A stretch of DNA of 63,008 nucleotides, filler included, from Octopus bimaculoides (Eukaryota): NCBI RefSeq assembly GCF_001194135.2. It is 5 parts of 4 records of this genome, joined end to end, with 100 filler letters (N's around TTAATTAATTAA, not from the genome) between each part and the next. Parts side by side here need not be neighbours in the genome. Positions count along the whole stretch, not along the records: positions 26,908 to 51,367 come from NC_068982.1; 4 more parts are not named here. One strand, given 5' to 3'. Numbering within the stretch: position 1 is the stretch's first letter; each line of letters begins with the position of its first letter. The translations under genes and the position numbers were made by a program. This document shows, in pieces, positions 36,512 to 48,130 of this stretch. The notes beneath the pieces are model-generated. The model had not been told where the DNA came from, made no database searches, and saw only the letters and a program-made list of their open reading frames with translations.

Positions 36512-36811
36512 CCTTTCCTGAGCGTCCAATAATACTATCCATATCACGTCCTCACTTTGTTGTTTTTTTGTTTTTTTGNNNNNNNNNNNNNNNNNNNNNN
36601 NNNNNNNNNNNNNNNNNNNNNNNNNNNNNNNNNNNNNNNNNNNNNNNNNNNNNNNNNNNNNNNNNNNNNNNNNNNNNNNNNNNNNNNNNNNNNNNNNNNN
36701 NNNNNNNNNNNNNNNNNNNNNNNNNNNNNNNNNNNNNNNNNNNNNNNNNNNNNNNNNNNNNNNNNNNNNNNNNNNNNNNNNNNNNNNNNNNNNNNNNNNN
36801 NNNNNNNNNNN

Positions 36812-36851
<40 letters not shown>

Positions 36852-36892
36852 GGAAACAAACAAACAAACACAAAGTCAAACACACAGCCATA

Positions 36893-37791
36893 TGTAGAGT
36901 GTTTGGAATAAATTTGACGACTTTTATATCTCCTAATTTTTAGTAACAGCTTGATGCATTGATGAACAGTCAACGGCGTTGGAAAGCATAAAGATTAAAG
37001 TTGTAGTTGAGAAAAAGTTAGCTGACATGGAAGACTGGAAGCTACTTGCATATTGGAAAAGAGTTACTTGTATCGTGATGATTCGGGCTGGTATCAAAAT
37101 ACCAGCACTATGACTACTGCTTAGTGCTCTGTGATCACTGTAAAGGCTGTAAGACATGACATGGACATCATGAAAGCCAAGTCTCACCCAAACTGTGATG
37201 GTCTTTGAGTGTCTCTTCAGGGAGGGTGACGTCATGCCGCCCCACATCTTTGAACAGGGCCTTCGACTCAGTTCAGATGGTTATATAAAACTGCTGGAGA
37301 TTGTGGTCAAACTCTAGCTGGAGAGAGTCGCTGCAAGAAGACCCTATGTGTGACGGCAGGATTCGGTTCCTTGCCATACATCTGAAAAGAGTCAGATGTA
37401 GTTGTCAGAGAATTTCAATGACTTCACCAGCCCCAATTTCTGGCCTCCTAATTCCTCCGTTTGAAATCTCATGGATTACTATGTGGGGAGTGCAGTTAAG
37501 AAAGATACCAGCCGCTCTGCCTGCGGCACCAAGCCGAGCTGATGGCCAAGATCAAGGAGGCGTTCGAAGATCTTCCCGGGGATACAGTGAAGAACGCATG
37601 CGCCAGTTACCGGAGCCGTCTTGAGGCTGTGGTGGAAGCTGAGAGCAGCTACTTTGATTAAACTATTATCTCCCAGCCATAATCTAGTTGATATCTTTTG
37701 AAGTTTTACAATACTGTACTTTTATGTTTGGATGGCCTATTTGGTTTCTTTTTCTTTTACGCAAGCTGTCAAATTAAGCCCAAACACTCTG
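36893..37791 (+). mobile_element. Tc1/mariner superfamily maT-type (DD37D) element, internally deleted
   Basis: VMVF...GDVMPPHIFEQGLRL...QDSVPCHTS...WPPNS..NLMDYYVW...CASYRSRLEAVVEA, with 37 residues between the second and third D. TIRs AGAGTGTTTGG..AATTTGAC (left) and GTCAAATT..CCAAACACTCTG|TA (right). Confidence 0.88.
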
Positions 37792-38559
37792 TATATATAC
37801 TTGTATATACTAAGGGCTTCCACACAGTTTTTGTCTTCCAAATTCATTCACAAGGCATTGGTTTGCCCGGACTATACTAGACGGCACTTGCTCAAAGTAC
37901 CGTGCCCACTGGAATCTTATCCCTGTTCATGTCTTTCCTACTTCTGTTGACATGCAACAGCTTAAATGGAACATTAACGACATCACACTCACCAACCTCG
38001 AACGCCTAAATAGGTCATGGGCCTTGCCCCTTTCTCCAGATTCAACAAGTGAAAAAAACAAAACAAAAACAAAATGTTACCACTCTAGTGAGTCAATATA
38101 ATAAACTGCGAACTAATCTACGCCATTATTTCTGCGTGGAGATCCTCCTGTCTGACACTGATGCTACAATAGCTGTGAAATATTTTCTATTTCCTTTTTT
38201 ATTCTATAGGAGTGTCCTTAAAATCGTCACTAGTTTCTGTTTTTTTTCTTCTTCGTATGATCTTTTACGTCTCGTGATACTATTGCATGATTGTACTTAC
38301 TGTGACAACGAACTACTTACTAGGCCAGTGTTTCTTTTCCCTTCATATTATTTCGCCCAACCCATATTGGTGGTACATGCCAAACAACACAGGCCCACTT
38401 ACACATAAAAAAGATGCGCGACGTAAGTGCTCACTGACAGAACGTTGACTGCAAAAAATAAACACCACAATCTTGTTTCCTTTTTTCTATAAATCTGTTT
38501 CGTGTCTAAGAATTTTATTTTAGTCATTAGTAATTCCTTTCATTATAAAAAAAAATTGT

Positions 38560-40330
38560 CATCTGGTTACTAGTTTCCAATTTAAGCACAAGGTCAGCAA
38601 TTTTGAGGGAAGGGGAACTGTATTTTATTAATGCTAATGACTGTAACGGTTTCAGATTTCAGTATAAATCCTACGAGAGGAGTTAGTCCATATTTTAGCT
38701 TACCAACATTGAAAGGCTGACAAGCAAAGAAGACCTAGGTAGGATTTGAACTCAGAGCGTAAAAACGAAAACAAATACCGCGAAGTTTCTGTTTTTATTA
38801 TTAAGAGTCACTGGCGGAGAGCTGGTTGAATCGTTAGCACGCCGGGTAAAATGTTCAGTGGTATTTAGTCCGTCTTTACGTTCTGAGTTCAGATTCTGCC
38901 GAGGTCGACTTTGCCTTTCATCCTTTCAAGGTCGATAAAATAAGTACCAGTTCAGCCCTGGAGTCGATATTATCGACTAGCCCTCCTCCCACCAAATTTC
39001 AGGCCTTGTACATATAATGGAAAGGATTATTAAGAGTCCCGAAAATGTTTCGTAATATGCTGCTCTTTATGTTTCGTGTTCAAATCCCGCCAAGGTCAAT
39101 TTTTGCCTTTCATCTCTTCAAAATCGAAAAAATTAACCACATCATAAGTACTGGAGTTGATGATGATGACTAACCCCCTCCCCTCAAAACTTGCTGGCCT
39201 TCTGCTTAAATTAGAAACAAGACTAACACAGTTTTGAGGGGAGGGGTTAGTTGATAACCATCGTTTCCAGTACGTAACTAGCACAATCTTTTAATCACCC
39301 TAGAAAGATGCAAGGCAAAGTTGACCTCGGCTGGCTTGAATCCAGAACGTAAAATGCTGGGAAGAAATATTGCAAACTATATTTTCCGGCGTGCGAATGA
39401 TTCTGCCAAATTGTTTCTCATATAGGGAAATGAAATTTGGAGGAAAGGGATAGTCGATTACACTTCATTTTATCGATCTCGAGAGGGTGAAAGGCAAAGT
39501 TAACCACGGTAGGATTTGAACTTAGAACCGGAATAAATATTGCAAAGCATCATTTCTCACTCCGATACTCTAACAGTTCTGCCACATAACAATAGTTTCA
39601 AATTTTGGTACAAAGGCAGCAGTTTTTAGTGGGGAGGGATAATTCGACTACTAGTGCTCAACTGGTATTTTATTTGATCGACCCAGAAAGTATGAAAGAC
39701 AAAGTTGACCCCGATAGCATTTGAACTTAGAACGTAAAGAGCCGGAAGAAATACTGTTAAATATTTTATCCGGCGTGTTAACAATCCTACCAGCTAGCTG
39801 CTTTATTCTCTAATAAAAAAAAAATTAAAAAAATAATAATGAAGTTCCATAACGCAAATTCATTTCAATAAATAAAATTATCCAAAATGAACTCCTTAAG
39901 CATTTACATTTTAAGAAAAGAAATCAAATATGGTGAGTTATGGTTCGTTGAGAGTTGAAGAACTATTTGTAGGTATGAGTCTTCAATGTTTGACCTCCAT
40001 GGGTGAGAAATGAACTCAACTGGTGCATTCACTACATTGAACCTTATTCAGCAAGTGAATGCACTAAGCGTCTTTCTTTCCTTATTGAAAACCTTAATCA
40101 CTAAATAAATAATTACAGACTAATTAGTAACTGAAAGCGGCGAGCTGGCAGAATTGTGAGCACGTCGGGCAAAATGCTTAGCGGAATTTCTGCATGATTT
40201 TACGTTCTGTGTTCAAATTCAGCCAAGGTTGCCTCTGCTTTTCATCCTTTTGGAGTCGATTGAATAAAATACTAGTCAGTTAGAGGGAGCGATGTAGTCG
40301 ACTTGCTCCTCCCTTCGAAATTGCTTACCT
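38560..40330. mobile_element. Cluster of ~8 SINE family B copies in mixed orientation
   Basis: Plus copies at ~38810-39025, ~39050-39200 and ~40135-40330; minus copies at ~38640-38790, ~39250-39410, ~39450-39590 and ~39640-39800, plus tail fragments. TGAGTTCAAAT/ATTTGAACT and GTACCAG/CTGGTA recur. Confidence 0.85.
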
Positions 40331-40374
40331 TAAACACTGCGACCAGCATCACTTATACGCCATGGAAACTGGGT

Positions 40375-40720
40375 TACTGGCTTTGAGTCCTTGGGCTGGA
40401 GAAAAAATAAATGAATAGGTTCAGGCATGTCAGTGTGGTCAAGACGGTAGCTTTGCAACTACGTGATTTTGCGGCATTTTGGGCAATTCCTTGTGAGTGA
40501 ATCTTGTAGATGGAAAAATCTGTAGAAGCCGTTGTATATATGTTTGTGTTTGTGTGTCCACCCCCACCGTGTGATAATCGGTGTTGGTTTGTAATTAGCA
40601 GTTCGGCAAAAGACACCGATAGAATAAGTACCAGATTTAAGTACTGGAATCAATTTATTCAAAGGCGGTACACCAGTATGGTCGCAGCCGAATAAGTGAA
40701 ACAAGCAAAAAATATAAGAG
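40375..40720 (+). mobile_element. SINE family A, rearranged 5' part, intact tail
   Basis: CCTTGTGAGTGAAT...GCAGTTCGGCAAAAGACACCGATAGAATAAGTACC...GGCGGTACACCAGTATGGTCGCAG. Confidence 0.8.
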
Positions 40721-41039
40721 TAGAGCATTAATCGTAGAAAAAGGAATATAACAAGGAAGCACTCTCTTTCCTCTGTTTATCTATACATTGGCATTAATCC
40801 AGCATCATTTCTGTAATAAAAATAATATGTAAAATGAATCGTTAGATATAAGCAGATTTCCACATGTGTATCACCCGCCAGACTAAAACATGTCATAGCG
40901 TGTTTTCTGCTGATATACAATTGCTGACACCTTACTAGCATCCAAGAAAGATCTCTCATCCCTTCCCCCTCTTTCCCTCCCTCCCCTTATCTCTCACTCC
41001 CTCTCTCTCTATATATAATTAACTCGAAAAACAGAAAAC

Positions 41040-41245
41040 AAACACGGGAATAAAAAACAAAAAAACCCAAACAAACGTGAGGACAAGCAAAGTATTAATA
41101 TGACGCTCGGAGAAGGAAATGGATAGTTGCTTTACGTTTCGAGCATAGCTCTTCTTCGGAAACAGGAAAAACAAGAAAGTCCAAAGGGAAAAGAAGGAAG
41201 GAAAAAATCGCCAATGATCCACGTACGGTTACATTTTTGAAGTTA
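41040..41245 (-). mobile_element. Small PLE-terminal-repeat-like element carrying a minimal hammerhead
   Basis: Shares AACGTGAGGAC...GTATTA..A.GACGCTCGG with 24285-24330, so it is a dispersed family; contains the hammerhead at 41128-41164. Confidence 0.65.
41128..41164 (-). ncRNA. Minimal type I hammerhead ribozyme variant (PLE dimer type)
   Basis: UGUUU CCGAAGA A GAGC-UAU-GCUC GAAA CG UA | AAGCA: 5-bp stem I, 4-bp stem II, loop-less palindromic ACGU stem III; U4 replaced by C. Confidence 0.7.
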
Positions 41246-41284
41246 CCAGAAGTAGGACAAGGAGAAAGTGCTTTCTGGTACAGG

Positions 41285-41730
41285 AGAGTGTGAAGATGGT
41301 CGGTATATGTGTGTGTGTATGGTGGAGTGTGTGTGTGCGATAACGTGTGTATGTATGGTAGCGTGTGTGTGGAAGTAATTGCGTGTCCGTGCGTGGTAGA
41401 GTGTGTGTATGTAGTGGTAACTGTGTGCGTGTATGTGCGGTGTGTGTGGTAGCGCGCGCGCGTGTGTGTGTATATATGGTAGCATGTGTGTGTGTGCGTG
41501 CGTGAGCGTGTGCGTGCGTGTGTGTGCGTGCGTGTGCGTGCGTGTGTGCGCGGGTGTCTGTGTGTGTGGGTGCAATGTGTGTGTATGCGTGTGTTTGTGC
41601 GTGCGCGCTTGTGTGTGCGCGTGCGTTTGTATGTGTGTGTGTGTGCGTGCGTGCAGGTGTGTGTGAGTATGCGCGCGCGCGTGCATGCGTGCGTATGTGT
41701 GTGCGCGTGCATACGTGCGTGTGTGTGGCG
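41285..41730. repeat. Long mixed (GT)n/(GC)n/(GTGC)n alternating purine-pyrimidine tract
   Basis: Directly visible. Confidence 0.95.
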
Positions 41731-43184
41731 TCGTTCGTGTGAAGAAGTATTGACTATGATTTCAGGATTGTTAAAGCTTAATTGCAGCAATTAACAATAG
41801 ATATTAAAGACAAGACTGATCATTAGCTGCTAAGATGTTATCAATAAATAATCTTAGCATTAATAATTAAAGACACTGCACATTCATGCATCGTCGGACA
41901 GGGCATTACTGAATCTACTGTAATCCCTTCCTGTTGGACTATTGCATTTCTTCAACCATTTTCTAATATTTATTTCACCTGCCCTGTTGACATTATTGCT
42001 GCTGTTGCTACCGAACCAGTCATCTTCGTTAGTATTTCATAGCAGCTTGATGTTTATAGCTAAGGCCTTTGTTAATTTTGGCTACTTTACAGGACTCTGG
42101 TTCACTCACTCATAAACTTTGGCAATAATATCTTCTCATACGTCCCACTCACCTACCTGTTTTGCACACCTGCCTGCTGATTATTGCAGTACAGGTGCGA
42201 AAAACTATGTAAATCAACACCTTAATGTGTGAACGGTCTATTTTTAAATATATATATATCGCCACTGATCAGATCAAAACGGTGTGCTTCGAAATATAGG
42301 CAAATGTACGCCAATACAGAGTGATGTATGTAGTTTAGCTTTGTATGTTTGACACACAAGGCACAATATTTCTCTTTGTGTGCGCATGTGAGTGTGTGAG
42401 TGCGGAGGCATATATGTATGTATAGGTGTGTGTGTGTGTGTGTGCGTGTGTGTGTGTGTGTGCGTGTGTGCATATGTNNNNNNNNNNTTTGTCACTCAAC
42501 AAAACTGAACGAGTCTAGACTTGTGTTTATGAATAGAGAACAAGTTTTGACATACAATGACATGAAAAGTGGAGATGGGAAGAGGAAATAATGGTTACTG
42601 ATGAAAGAGAGGGAAGGTTGGTAATGTTTGTATTGGTGTATCACTTGTATTGTTGTTGTAAGAGTGTTATAGTGAATATGGTGGACCACTGGGATCGTTG
42701 TTTCATATACTATAACGGGTTTTATACGAAGCAACCCTACAAATTGCTCGACTTGATAAAAATAAGAAGGACGTATTGTGTTATGTAGTCTTAGCTAGAT
42801 TATGTGAAAAGATGGGAGGGTCACGGTTAGTGTGCATTTAATGCTAGATTTTCTTGATCATGGTTGACCTGGGCTAACAACAGCATTAACAACAATGAAT
42901 TTTCAACAAAAGCTCATTGATAGACGAGTGTGGATACATTTAAGGCGATCGTAAGAGTGTATATACTTATATATATACGCACACAACACATTTAATCGCC
43001 CTCTTACTACTGCAGCTTTTCCCATCAGTATCCATTAGCTCCTCCCACTACCACCACTTCTTGTGTTACTTTCATGACAAGACTTGTTCTATATTCAGAA
43101 AGACAAGTCTAGACTTGTTCTGCTTTGTGATACACGAGTTGTAACTTGTTTGCGGCAACTGACATATATCTATGTATCTTTTAT

Positions 43185-43400
43185 CTTTTATCTTTTACTT
43201 GTTTCAATCATTTTGACTGCGGCCATGCTGGAGCATTGCCTAGAAGGGTTCCAATTGAACAAATCGACCCAGGACCTACTCTTTCCTCTAAGCCTGATAC
43301 TTATTCTATCGGTATCTTTTTGACGAACTGTCAAGTGACGGGGATATAAATATATCAACACCGGTTGTCAGGCAGTGGTAGGGGCAGACAGACACATGCG
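43185..43400 (-). mobile_element. SINE family A, 3' half, running into (CA)n and a gap
   Basis: CTTTTACTTGTTTCAATCATTTTGACTGCGGCCATGCTGGAGCA...CCTGATACTTATTCTATCGG. Confidence 0.9.
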
Positions 43401-43418
43401 CACACACGCACGCACACA

Positions 43419-43482
<64 letters not shown>

Positions 43483-44468
43483 NNNNNNNNNNNNNNNNNN
43501 NNNNNNNNNNNNNNNNNNNNNNNNNNNNNNNNNNNNNNNNNNNNNNNNNNNNNNNNNNNNNNNNNNNNNNNNNNNNNNNNNNNNNNNNNNNNNNNNNNNN
43601 NNNNNNNNNNNNNNNNNNNNNNNNNNNNNNNNNNNNNNNNNNNNNNNNNNNNNNNNNNNNNNNNNNNNNNNNNNNNNNNNNNNNNNNNNNNNNNNNNNNN
43701 NNNNNNNNNNNNNNNNNNNNNNNNNNNNNNNNNNNNNNNNNNNNNNNNNNNNNNNNNNNNNNNNNNNNNNNNNNNNNNNNNNNNNNNNNNNNNNNNNNNN
43801 NNNNNNNNNNNNNNNNNNNNNNNNNNNNNNNNNNNNNNNNNNNNNNNNNNNNNNNNNNNNNNNNNNNNNNNNNNNNNNNNNNNNNNNNNNNNNNNNNNNN
43901 NNNNNNNNNNNNNNNNNNNNNNNNNNNNNNNNNNNNNNNNNNNNNNNNNNNNNNNNNNNNNNNNNNNNNNNNNNNNNNNNNNNNNNNNNNNNNNNNNNNN
44001 NNNNNNNNNNNNNNNNNNNNNNNNNNNNNNNNNNNNNNNNNNNNNNNNNNNNNNNNNNNNNNNNNNNNNNNNNNNNNNNNNNNNNNNNNNNNNNNNNNNN
44101 NNNNNNNNNNNNNNNNNNNNNNNNNNNNNNNNNNNNNNNNNNNNNNNNNNNNNNNNNNNNNNNNNNNNNNNNNNNNNNNNNNNNNNNNNNNNNNNNNNNN
44201 NNNNNNNNNNNNNNNNNNNNNNNNNNNNNNNNNNNNNNNNNNNNNNNNNNNNNNNNNNNNNNNNNNNNNNNNNNNNNNNNNNNNNNNNNNNNNNNNNNNN
44301 NNNNNNNNNNNNNNNNNNNNNNNNNNNNNNNNNNNNNNNNNNNNNNNNNNNNNNNNNNNNNNNNNNNNNNNNNNNNNNNNNNNNNNNNNNNNNNNNNNNN
44401 NNNNNNNNNNNNNNNNNNNNNNNNNNNNNNNNNNNNNNNNNNNNNNNNNNNNNNNNNNNNNNNNNNNN

Positions 44469-44500
<32 letters not shown>

Positions 44501-44559
44501 GTTATGCGCGCGCACAAACACATACACGCACACACAAAGCACAACTGCATCACTTTGAT

Positions 44560-45267
44560 GACACCCAAAAGGCTCTGGGAGAGGTCTTAAATACAGATAT
44601 CTTGACTCCGATAAGGTTGACCACAGCATCCTATTAAAGAAACTATCCGATATTGGAGTCCGAGGGAAACTATTTGAGTGGATCTATGTTTTCTGGTGAA
44701 CAGAATCCAGCTTTGTGGTGAGCAATGGTGTTCGATGAAGCTAAGCAAGAGTCATCAGTTGTGTTCCACAAGGCACTGTACGGGCCCACTCCTTTTCATT
44801 ACTTACATCAGTGACATCATTGACTTTATCAAATACAGCAGTATTAAAATTTTCGCGGATGATTGCAAGCTTCTGAAGGTCGTCGACAGGGGAGCAGACC
44901 GGACCACTCTCCGATCTGTTCGCTGTTATACAAGCAGGGTGAAAACAATATTGCTACTTAAATGACAATAAATTCGAATTAATCCACTTCGATAAAGAAG
45001 TTGTACTTAAGCTACCATGCGCTCTTCCCTCGGGCATCAAACACCGCTTAGGAACTCGGAGTTATGTCGACAACAACTTAAACTAGCTTATCCTCGTTAA
45101 CGAAGTCGACGTAACTCGCAAGGCGTGCCTCTGGGTTCTCAGGACTTTCTGGTCTAGAGATACTCCTGCCTTCTCTTCTCCACCTTTGCCTGTCCTCACC
45201 TTGAATACTGTTGTCCGCTATAGTCTCCCGTCACGAAACAAACTATGAAAATTGAAGCACCCCAGAG

Positions 45268-45311
<44 letters not shown>

Positions 45312-45430
45312 ATAGCACGACAGGTCTTGATTATTGAGATCGTCTCGAGAAGCTCAAACTTGATTCCCTCCAAAGCCGCCGTAAGCACTATATCATTTCT
45401 ATGATGTGGAAAATATTCCGATGTAGAGCG
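44560..45430 (+). mobile_element. CR1/L2-group LINE RT fragment, interrupted by (CA)n at 45271-45306
   Basis: GPLLFITYISDIIDFIKYSSIKIFADDCKL, PHLEYCCPL*SP, GLDY*DRLEKLKL.SLQSRR..YII.MMWKIF. Confidence 0.9.
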
Positions 45431-46324
45431 TTCGAGTTGTGTCGTTAATTTGACAATTTGTGGCAACCTTAGTTGGGAGCAGTAGTCCAGGTAATTGATA
45501 ACGAATATTATCTATAGAATAAAAAGGGTTTCCTTTTCCTTGTTCTGAATAACATCAGAATCTAACCAGGCGCTCATGTGCACATTGTTGCCATTTCAGT
45601 AATATGCACACGGAATGATGCATCATGAGTCACGAGGATTCCCAGATCGCGCGCTGTGATCCCGAGATTGAAAACGTATTTCTCATTTTCTTTCACAAGT
45701 GACAGTAATGGTGACAGTAATCAGATGCAAGGTGTGTGTGTGTGTGGGGGGGGAGTGATGTTAGAATTAGTTCTTTGATGGAATATCACAAGGACAGGTT
45801 ATCAAGATGCTTTCATTAGAATTGGTGGTGGTGTTATGGACGTCAGATGATATAGTTAAGGGTTGTTGTGACTGTAGAGTAACCCCGGTCAGTCCTGACC
45901 GAACAACTTTGTAGCTTGTAGATAGTCGGCTGTTGCTACTGCTGTCGTTATTTCTGCTGTTATTGAGAAAACTTATGATCGAAAGCATTCTAACCGTGGC
46001 CATTCCATCTTTTTAGAGTAATTTAGTACTTCTTTCAAATGTGGACCTTAAATAAATTTGAAGCAATTTGGTTAAGCGATCTCCATTAAACGACTCGATG
46101 TATCCGATATAATCAATACTACGGGTTAAGGACCACCCTCATGTCATCATTCTGATATGGAGTGTGGTTTCTCACATCAGAAACAATATGGATACTCTAA
46201 CACACTCCGTGCCCTCCACTACTCAGTCTGTTCATTTACATATCAGGGATCTGTCAGTAACTACAATGAAGACAGGAAAATAAAATCCAGATCTCAGGTT
46301 TAGTGTTACAGTGGCAGTCATCTA

Positions 46325-46444
46325 ATGGCGAATTGACAGTGTCATCAGAGCGTCAGATAGAACGCCTCGCGGTATTTGTTCTAATTCACAGCGATCCGAG
46401 TTCAAATCACGCCAAGGTCACCCTTTTTTTTATCCTTTCGAGTT

Positions 46445-46513
<69 letters not shown>

Positions 46514-46640
46514 TGTATGTATATAAAAGCACCAATCTTGGATGCTGAATTGGTAGAAATGTGAGAACGCCGAACCGAATAGATTACGTTATTTGTTTTG
46601 GCTGTTTGCATTCTGAGTTCAAATCCATCCATAGCCTACT
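46325..46640 (+). mobile_element. Two diverged SINE family B heads flanking a microsatellite
   Basis: GAGTTCAAATCACGCCAAGGTCACC and GCTGAATTGGTAGAAAT...TTCTGAGTTCAAATCC. Confidence 0.65.
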
Positions 46641-47103
46641 TGGTTGATAAATATAATCCACTGCCCGAATTACCACCACTACGACATCTTAGCGGAGGCT
46701 ACTCTACTGCTAATATTTGGGTGAGGACTCCAGTTTGAAGTTATTTTCTCCTCTCCGCCTTCCTACCAGTCCCGAGCGCTCTGTAAAAGATCTAGGTACT
46801 GACTTGCAGCGACTTAATGGGTTGGAGATTGGTGTAGTGACAATAATGTGCTTCTCCACTTCCTGTATCTTTTATTTCAGATTATTTTCATTTCGTGATC
46901 GACGTGATCTGTCGGTGAGCTCTGACATGCCTGTAATTGTCTATATTATTGTGATACAAACCAGCGGCCACTCTGAGTTGTTTCTCTTATTTCATCTATG
47001 TTTAATTTATGAAAATTTTCAAGGTCATAAATATGTCCAACTCATTTCTTTTATATATATAAGTAGAAGTCCTTTGACTACGAGAGAAAAGGTCGGGCAA
47101 TTA

Positions 47104-47134
47104 CTGATGACGGCTATTAAGCCAGAAACGTGTA
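47104..47134 (+). ncRNA. Decayed PLE-type hammerhead core
   Basis: CUGAUGA C GGC-UAUUAA-GCC A GAAA CGUGU A; stem I not recoverable. Confidence 0.4.
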
Positions 47135-47764
47135 CACAACCACTCCTTTGTTTCCAAACCATAAGCCTGTTGTCCATTTCCTTAGTGGCATGTCAACTTT
47201 GGAGAATCTTGATTCTTGAGATTATCTCTTCTTCAAGTGCAGTTAGTTAGTCGTAACTGCTTTTTTGGTAGCCATTATACATCTACAGACGGAGGTGATT
47301 ATAATAAACGAAAATTTTTTATTGATGGTATTTAATACACCTGTTTTTGTGTATATTTGTTCTCTGTATAGTTAGATGTTGTACTATGTTGTACGTGACT
47401 TATGTGAACGACAATCAAATTTCAAATGACTTCCTTAAAGAACCAACTAGGGAAATTCAATATGGTTAAAAACAGGCACCAAGTTCTTCAGATACTTTTC
47501 TCTCCTGCCTTAAAGGGGTACAAAAAGAAAAGAAAAAGCAATAGAGAATTTGATAAAGAAAACAATAAGAGGAATAGTCACAGCTGAAACGTGATAATGC
47601 AATGATGATGGAGGGCTGAAATAATAGGGTAACAGTGGCTGAGTGTGTGTGTATCTGTGAAATTCGGAAGTTGTTGAATGGTAAGTAAATGAGTTGACCT
47701 CTTCTTTCTCCTTACGCCTGTAACTGGTAACATCTGTGTATCTTTTGGTCTGATTTGTAGGCCA

Positions 47765-48130
47765 GCTTGTCTCTCTCTCTCTCTCTTTCGCTCTTTCTCT
47801 TTATTTTCCCACCCTCAGTTTCATCTCTCTCTCTGCTCTTCTCTTTCTGCTTACTTTCTTTCTGCTTACTTTCTTTCTCTGCTCAGTCCCTCTTTAGTCC
47901 CTCTCTCATTCTTTCTGATCTTTCTTTGCTTCTCCTGTCTCTGTCCCTCTCTTTCTGCTCTCCCATTCTATATTTATACTCTCTCTCTGTACCTTTCTTT
48001 TCTCTCTTTCTATCAATCTGTTATGTCTGTCTTCTAACGTCAACTTCTAGTGTCTTCGTTCGTCTCGTCTGTCTTATTTAACACCTGTCTGTCTTTCTGT
48101 CTATTTTCTGTTTCCTGCTATCTCTTCATA
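47765..48130. repeat. Degenerate (CT)n-rich pyrimidine tract
   Basis: Directly visible. Confidence 0.85.

Noticed and set aside
43105-43120. Perfect 16-bp palindrome ACAAGTCTAGACTTGT
   Set aside because: Isolated, with no associated element; not distinguishable from chance or a tiny local inversion.
45767-46003. 78-aa S/N/T-rich ORF that looks protein-like
   Set aside because: Built from a decayed CAA/CAG repeat plus a copy of the orphan tail family; no splice or homology support.
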